The notes under the pieces were generated by a model. The model ran no database searches. It was not told the DNA's origin and was given only the letters and a program-made list of their open reading frames with translations. A stretch of DNA of 61,267 bases from positions 1 through 61,267 of the IMG/VR virus record IMGVR_UViG_3300018080_000191, one strand, 5' to 3'. Shown in pieces: positions 56,254-61,267 of the stretch. This DNA comes from a virus. Taxonomy: Duplodnaviria > Caudoviricetes. The first letter of the stretch is position 1, and the number at the start of each line of letters is the position of its first letter. Position numbers and translations under genes: made by a program.

Positions 56254-57171
56254 ATGTCTGTTCAATCCATACTGAAAGCAATTTACGGTACTTATGTGCC
56301 GACCGGGGTTTACTCCTTTGAGTTTAAGGGGGTAGCGGAGATATTTTTTCTGTTACCACCTGAATCAATAACGGTAAGCGAGGGACAGCGAGCCGAACTG
56401 CTCCCCACCCTGGGGGATGGCGCAGGATATTTGTGTGATTACGGTCAGGAATTTAAAGATATTGCGATATCGGGTTCCTTGAATTTCTTCTACGGTGGTT
56501 CGACCAGAAACCCGATCGATCGCGTTCCGGACAGTGCCGTGGACTTGGTTGATGGGTACTCTGAGTTTATCAAGCTCAGGTTCATGTTGTCCAGATATCG
56601 TGATTACACGATGACAAAAAAGGGAAAGCTAATTGCTCCCGATTTTTCGCTTCCCGGCCTGGCATCGGTTAAGAAGTTGAAGGGCTGGGTAAATAAGCAG
56701 GTACGTGATAAGTCTGGGGCACTGGCCGATCAGGTTGATCTGATATGGCATGATTATGATTATGATGATCATTTCAAGGTAAAGGTCGATACCTTTTCAT
56801 TGACTCGGAGCAAGGACGATCCCTGGACGGTTAATTACGATATATCTCTCAAGGCGTATGCGGTTGACGATAGAACAGGCAAAATCGAACTGAAATCTCC
56901 TGAAACAAAGGAAAACACAGCTCAACAAATAGACACTGCTACTTTACTCATGGAAAGCGTAGATGTAGAATTGCCAGATAGCCTTAAAAAGGATATTGGC
57001 AGATATCTCCTGGACCAAAAACTCAGCACTGCAAAGTCTTATTTAACCTGGGCCAACGGGATGATAAAAGCTGGTGTAATGACACCCGAAAGGGCATTGA
57101 GAACATTGAGCGATGTATTCGGTGATACATTAACCGTTGAAGATAACATTATTACGTTAAAGAAATTCTAA
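56254..57171 (+). CDS. baseplate/tail tube initiator-like protein
   Basis: PPESITV...PTLG...DYG; FSLTRSKDDPW..NYDI. Confidence 0.6.
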   Translation: MSVQSILKAIYGTYVPTGVYSFEFKGVAEIFFLLPPESITVSEGQRAELLPTLGDGAGYLCDYGQEFKDIAISGSLNFFYGGSTRNPIDRVPDSAVDLVDGYSEFIKLRFMLSRYRDYTMTKKGKLIAPDFSLPGLASVKKLKGWVNKQVRDKSGALADQVDLIWHDYDYDDHFKVKVDTFSLTRSKDDPWTVNYDISLKAYAVDDRTGKIELKSPETKENTAQQIDTATLLMESVDVELPDSLKKDIGRYLLDQKLSTAKSYLTWANGMIKAGVMTPERALRTLSDVFGDTLTVEDNIITLKKF

Positions 57172-57172
57172 G

Positions 57173-58144
57173 ATGATAGACCAGGTAATAATTAACACAA
57201 TTGATGAATTGCTGAAATCGGTGGAGGCATCGATAGTACCGAAAGGAAGTGCGACCTCTTTTAGTGATGGTGATGAAGCCCTCATTGACTATGTTGAGCA
57301 CGGAGAGCTCGACAAACTTAACTATTACAATTCGCTGATAAAGCAAAAGCTTTATGTATATGGGGTAACGGCAGCAATAATTTCTTCACCAACGAAAAAG
57401 GAGATGCCCATTCAACCGCCAAACAGCAATTTAACTGGCAATGTACTGGATGTGCTTGATATAGACGAGTTTGTGGACCAGGGATATGAAAATCCGGTTG
57501 TAGGGCTTGACCAGGAATACACCTATTATTGCATCGAGCAGGGCGATACACTTCAATCCATTGCTCAGGATTTTTATGAAGATTATCGTCAGTGGACCAG
57601 GATTGCACAGGCAAACCAATTACAAGAAAACGATCTCATTGATGCCGATATGGTTGGCTCATATATTAAAATACCCGTGAGCCAGGCCGGGTCCCTTGTT
57701 CGATCAAACCAAAATTTGGTATATGAAAGCATGTATGATCCCGAGAATGTCAGCTCTATTGAAAGATATCTTTTTGGCACCGATTTTGATGTTGGCAATG
57801 AGAAAATTGAGTCGAGCAGTAAGGGCGATCTGAAGAAAATATCTGGCATTAAAAACGTTTCCCAAAACATTAAAAACCGGTTTAGAGCAGGGAAAGGAAG
57901 TTTAAATCCACTTCACCCGGATTGGGGAATAAGCTTGATGAATGATATGGCTCAAACACCGTGGGTTATTGGCCTGGAACGGCAGATTGCCGACATGGAG
58001 ATTCAGGCTATGCACGATCCGCGGGTTGTGTCATCGACTATTGACAGGGGCAAGCTGGAGCTTGCAGGTGACAGAATTGATATAGAAATTGAGATTGAAC
58101 TACATGGTGGATTTTTAACTACTTGGAAAACGGAGATAACATAA
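57173..58144 (+). CDS. LysM plus gp25-like baseplate wedge protein
   Basis: GDTLQSIA...W..IAQAN...IKIP LysM; GDL...G..N..Q, HPDWG, DPRV gp25-like motifs. Confidence 0.82.
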   Translation: MIDQVIINTIDELLKSVEASIVPKGSATSFSDGDEALIDYVEHGELDKLNYYNSLIKQKLYVYGVTAAIISSPTKKEMPIQPPNSNLTGNVLDVLDIDEFVDQGYENPVVGLDQEYTYYCIEQGDTLQSIAQDFYEDYRQWTRIAQANQLQENDLIDADMVGSYIKIPVSQAGSLVRSNQNLVYESMYDPENVSSIERYLFGTDFDVGNEKIESSSKGDLKKISGIKNVSQNIKNRFRAGKGSLNPLHPDWGISLMNDMAQTPWVIGLERQIADMEIQAMHDPRVVSSTIDRGKLELAGDRIDIEIEIELHGGFLTTWKTEIT

Positions 58145-58145
58145 A

Positions 58146-59555
58146 ATGGCCGAAATATTAAAGGTATTTACGCCGGAACAGCTATATACACTCTTAAAAG
58201 CGAAAATCATTGCCGATAATGTCGGGATTACCGATTTTAACGAGGGATCGGTGATCCGGAGCATGCTGGAGGCTATTGCTCTTATTGAGTCAACAACTGG
58301 TTTTGATTACCTGGAAGCCTTGAGAAACGCGATTCCTGTTGCCCTGTATGATGGGTTGGGATTCACCAGGAAGGGCGCAACCAGGGCAACCGGCTATCTC
58401 AGGTTTTTTCGATTACCAGAATTTACAATTGAGTATACCGGATCCGGATCTGATTGTTTATTGACAATCACCGACACGCATCTTACAACATCATGTACGG
58501 GGGCCAGCGGGGATAACCTGAATATAGCATTTTCGGTTTATGATACGACCCAGAAGGTTAGAGACGAAATCAATGGAACGTCAAACTATACCTGCACAAT
58601 GGTTGGTAGGGGAAATGATGATCCGAAAGATCTCTATCATTATTCCGGTAAGGACATCAAGGGTGCAAAAAACTATCTTGATGGGAATGGTTTTGATGTG
58701 ATGCTGGGGAGCGCATCCCTGGTTTCGATTACATCTGGTGCGCAAGCATCAGTGGATGAGATTTATTTCAAAACAACAGCAAGTGGCTCTATCCCCCTGG
58801 GTGAGTCAACAAGTGATGATATCGCAGTTCAGGCAATTACGGAAGGGTCTAGCGGAAATATTTCAGCGGGAGCAATTGATACCCTGAACGGAAAGGGTGT
58901 TTTGAACACGCCGATTACCGGCGTTGAGTATGTCAAGAATGATTCGGCTTTTACCGGAGGAGAGAACGCGGAAAGCGAGCAAGAAAGGGCAAGGCGGTTC
59001 CAGGTATTCGTACAAGGCCTGGCCGGGGCCACGGTAAAGGGGATTGAGTCTGCAGTGCTGGGCATAACTGGAATAAAATCGGTAACGATACGGGAGCGAT
59101 ATCCGCAACCAGGATATATTACTATCATTGCAGATGATGGGACCGGAAGCCTCAGCAGTTCCCAGATAAGCGAAATAATTAAGGTTGCTAGTGGCGACCC
59201 CAATGATTTTGAGAACTATCCCGGTTATCGAGCTGCAGGAATCCTGCTAAACGTATCGGCCCCATCGGTAGTGGCCGTGGACGTGACGATGACAGTTACC
59301 AGGCTGTCACAGTTTTCAGATGAGAATGAGATTAAAAATGATGTTAAAACAGCCATAGAGAACTACATCAACACCCTGAAACTGGGAGATGATGTAATTT
59401 GTAATAAAATCCGCGAACTGGCCATGGGGGCTCACCCTGCAGTATATGATATTTCGATGTCGGTTCCATCGAGTAATGTGTCAATATCTGATTCGCAAAT
59501 TGCACGGACGGGCTCCGGCACGGGGGGGAGCGTAACAATAACGGTAACAACATAA
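58146..59555 (+). CDS. baseplate J-like wedge protein
   Basis: TDFNEGSV, G..GNI..GAI, FTGGENAES...RRF, YINTLKLGDDV. Confidence 0.9.
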   Translation: MAEILKVFTPEQLYTLLKAKIIADNVGITDFNEGSVIRSMLEAIALIESTTGFDYLEALRNAIPVALYDGLGFTRKGATRATGYLRFFRLPEFTIEYTGSGSDCLLTITDTHLTTSCTGASGDNLNIAFSVYDTTQKVRDEINGTSNYTCTMVGRGNDDPKDLYHYSGKDIKGAKNYLDGNGFDVMLGSASLVSITSGAQASVDEIYFKTTASGSIPLGESTSDDIAVQAITEGSSGNISAGAIDTLNGKGVLNTPITGVEYVKNDSAFTGGENAESEQERARRFQVFVQGLAGATVKGIESAVLGITGIKSVTIRERYPQPGYITIIADDGTGSLSSSQISEIIKVASGDPNDFENYPGYRAAGILLNVSAPSVVAVDVTMTVTRLSQFSDENEIKNDVKTAIENYINTLKLGDDVICNKIRELAMGAHPAVYDISMSVPSSNVSISDSQIARTGSGTGGSVTITVTT

Positions 59556-59556
59556 T

Positions 59557-60216
59557 ATGAGCACAAATGCTGATAAACTAAATAAATACCTGAAAGCGTT
59601 AATTGATGTTACTGACGATTTGTATAAGTCCATAGTATCGGATCCAGACGGCACTCCCGAGTCAACGATTGTTAACCCTGTTGACTTGAATTATGGTTGT
59701 GTTGCGGATCTCCTGGAATGGAATAGGATGCTTACAAAGTCTCTAGTCAGGCAACTCTATTTTGACCAAGCGGAAGGAAAGTTTTTGGACCTGATTTCCC
59801 ATACTCATTTTGGTCTTATTAGAGCCAGCGGAGAAACCGATAGTCAGTATAAGTCGAGAGTAAAAGATATTATCCTGGGACATAAAATAAGTCCCGCATC
59901 TATAATATATCTCACCCGTGGGTATTCCAGCCCCGGGGAACCGCAGCTTATCGAAGGGGAACAAGATTCAGCATTTGCAGATTGCAGCTTTACGGAATGT
60001 TATACCAGTTTTCAGGTGGCAAGTTCCAGCAGCAACAGTTATCAGGTGGGTTGGTGGGTATTCCCGGCAATTGCACTAGCCTCAACGACCTCATTATATT
60101 TCTTTATTTTAATTCTAGAAAATACGCCGTCAAGTCAGGCATTAACGGTGTTGGATATAGTAAACCGCAGCATAGCAGCCGGTATTGATTTCGAGATTTG
60201 GATTAAGAAGGTATAA
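59557..60216 (+). CDS. baseplate wedge protein (gpI-like)
   Basis: AEGKFLD...FGLIR..GETD..Y..R; AAG near the C-terminus. Confidence 0.75.
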   Translation: MSTNADKLNKYLKALIDVTDDLYKSIVSDPDGTPESTIVNPVDLNYGCVADLLEWNRMLTKSLVRQLYFDQAEGKFLDLISHTHFGLIRASGETDSQYKSRVKDIILGHKISPASIIYLTRGYSSPGEPQLIEGEQDSAFADCSFTECYTSFQVASSSSNSYQVGWWVFPAIALASTTSLYFFILILENTPSSQALTVLDIVNRSIAAGIDFEIWIKKV

Positions 60217-60219
60217 GTT

Positions 60220-61267
60220 ATGGGAAAGAATTTGAGATATTTGCAACACGCAAACCGAGCAAAAATTGAATCGGATCTTGTGTTGACGAGGATAGGAGAG
60301 TTATCTATTCGAGATATAGATGCTCTTGCTAGGGGTGCTCTTTACGAAGGAACAGGTAAAGATGCTGTAATTCTCGAGGGCCTTATGGCTACGGCAGCCG
60401 GTGGCATGGATGTGTCTGTAAGTGTTCCTGCAGCAGCGATGCAGATTATTGACGGGAATGATGTGCGATATTGTCTCGATTTTAACGATGGCAGCAATTT
60501 CAGTATTACATTATCGAACTCAGATCCTTCGAATGACAGAATTGATATAATCGAGGCCAGGGTAACGAAGAGTTCGGCTCTCCAGGATGCGCTGGTTGAT
60601 ATTATAGACCCCGTAACGAAATCCGTAACGCCCACATCAAAATATAGAGATTACGAAATTCATTTCGAGCTCCAGAAAAAAGATGGCACACCGGCGGGAT
60701 CGCCCGCTCCCCCGAGTACTACTGCTGCAACAGCGGGTTCTATCACGGGAACGGTTACGATATCGGGTACAATAGACCTCTCCAGCCAGTATCTTTTAAA
60801 TCTCACAATCGGTACTGATGGTGAGTTCACAGAAATAGATTGTAGGGGCAGTACGCCTTCAGCAACAACCTTAACCGAAATAATCAATGCCATAAATGCA
60901 GCAGGTTTTGGCAGTATCGCAAGCAATGACGGAAGCGATCACTTGAAAATCACAGCCCCGGGAACCGGCGAAAATTCAATTATCAAGATACGACCCCCCG
61001 CTGACACGTCAAAGGATGCGTATGCCGAAATCCTGGGCGGAACTGAATCGACTGCTTATTACGATATTTTCCAGGGAGAAAACAAATGGTTTAAGATTGC
61101 AGAAATTGCTGTTGGAGCTGCCGTGAGCTCGGTTACTGATACCGACATCCTGGACAGGACCGAATGTGCACAATGGGCTGCGGAATCGACCAGTATAGTA
61201 GACGGCAAAACGCTTGAAGGACACAGGGATGCTGCCATTCTTGACCATCCCGATGGAAGTATATACT
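60220..61267 (+). CDS. tail fibre/baseplate-attached protein; 3'-truncated (not in ORF track)
   Basis: ATG 60220, MGKNLRYLQ...SDPSNDRIDII; appears open to the window end. Confidence 0.75.
   Translation, partial: MGKNLRYLQHANRAKIESDLVLTRIGELSIRDIDALARGALYEGTGKDAVILEGLMATAAGGMDVSVSVPAAAMQIIDGNDVRYCLDFNDGSNFSITLSNSDPSNDRIDIIEARVTKSSALQDALVDIIDPVTKSVTPTSKYRDYEIHFELQKKDGTPAGSPAPPSTTAATAGSITGTVTISGTIDLSSQYLLNLTIGTDGEFTEIDCRGSTPSATTLTEIINAINAAGFGSIASNDGSDHLKITAPGTGENSIIKIRPPADTSKDAYAEILGGTESTAYYDIFQGENKWFKIAEIAVGAAVSSVTDTDILDRTECAQWAAESTSIVDGKTLEGHRDAAILDHPDGSIY

Noticed and set aside
1-61267. Minus-strand ORFs in the track (e.g. 38801-39649, 32294-33046, 41885-42592)
   Set aside because: They are shadows of well-supported + strand genes and have no recognisable motifs.
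1-61267. Stop-codon reassignment (in-frame TAG at 2901 and ~19621)
   Set aside because: Long genes are intact in the standard code, several genes end in TAG, and no suppressor tRNA was seen.
49032-61267. Contractile injection system or tailocin rather than phage
   Set aside because: Terminase, portal, protease and capsid genes are all present in the same orientation.

Overview
This 61 kb window is part of a large tailed dsDNA phage with a contractile tail (myovirus, SPO1/Twort-type head and tail gene order). Every gene I can support lies on the + strand. Gene order: 5'-truncated DNA methyltransferase and small genes; terS, terL and portal; about 14 kb of accessory genes (SLT lysozyme, metallophosphoesterase, NlpC/P60-like protein, Rnl2-like RNA ligase plus RlaP-like nucleotidyltransferase, radical SAM proteins, a MuF head protein with an inserted HAD domain, NDT-like, ASCH, and an initiator-like tRNA-Met); an 18 kb cluster of five large polyvalent proteins (21648-39758); then prohead protease, scaffold, major capsid, neck, sheath, tube, chaperone, tape measure, baseplate and a 3'-truncated tail fibre gene. 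The best candidate for an undescribed system is the polyvalent cluster. Its effector domains (zincins, JAB, two ART-like domains, PPase, RNase, DarB-like MTase-helicase, LPD1) are separated by a recurring ~30-aa basic tag. That tag follows a hydrophobic-x-K-A/G motif that also occurs in the capsid leader, scaffold, protease and portal. Three of the proteins also share an N-terminal domain and a related C-terminal tail. Together this suggests cargo polyproteins that are addressed to the capsid and cut by the prohead protease. Other signals: a candidate antisense small RNA over the RNase 3' end, two 10.5-bp phased repeat arrays, an overprinted ORF, and a +1/-2 tail chaperone frameshift. All family calls come from motifs recognised by eye, with no database searches; the host is unknown.
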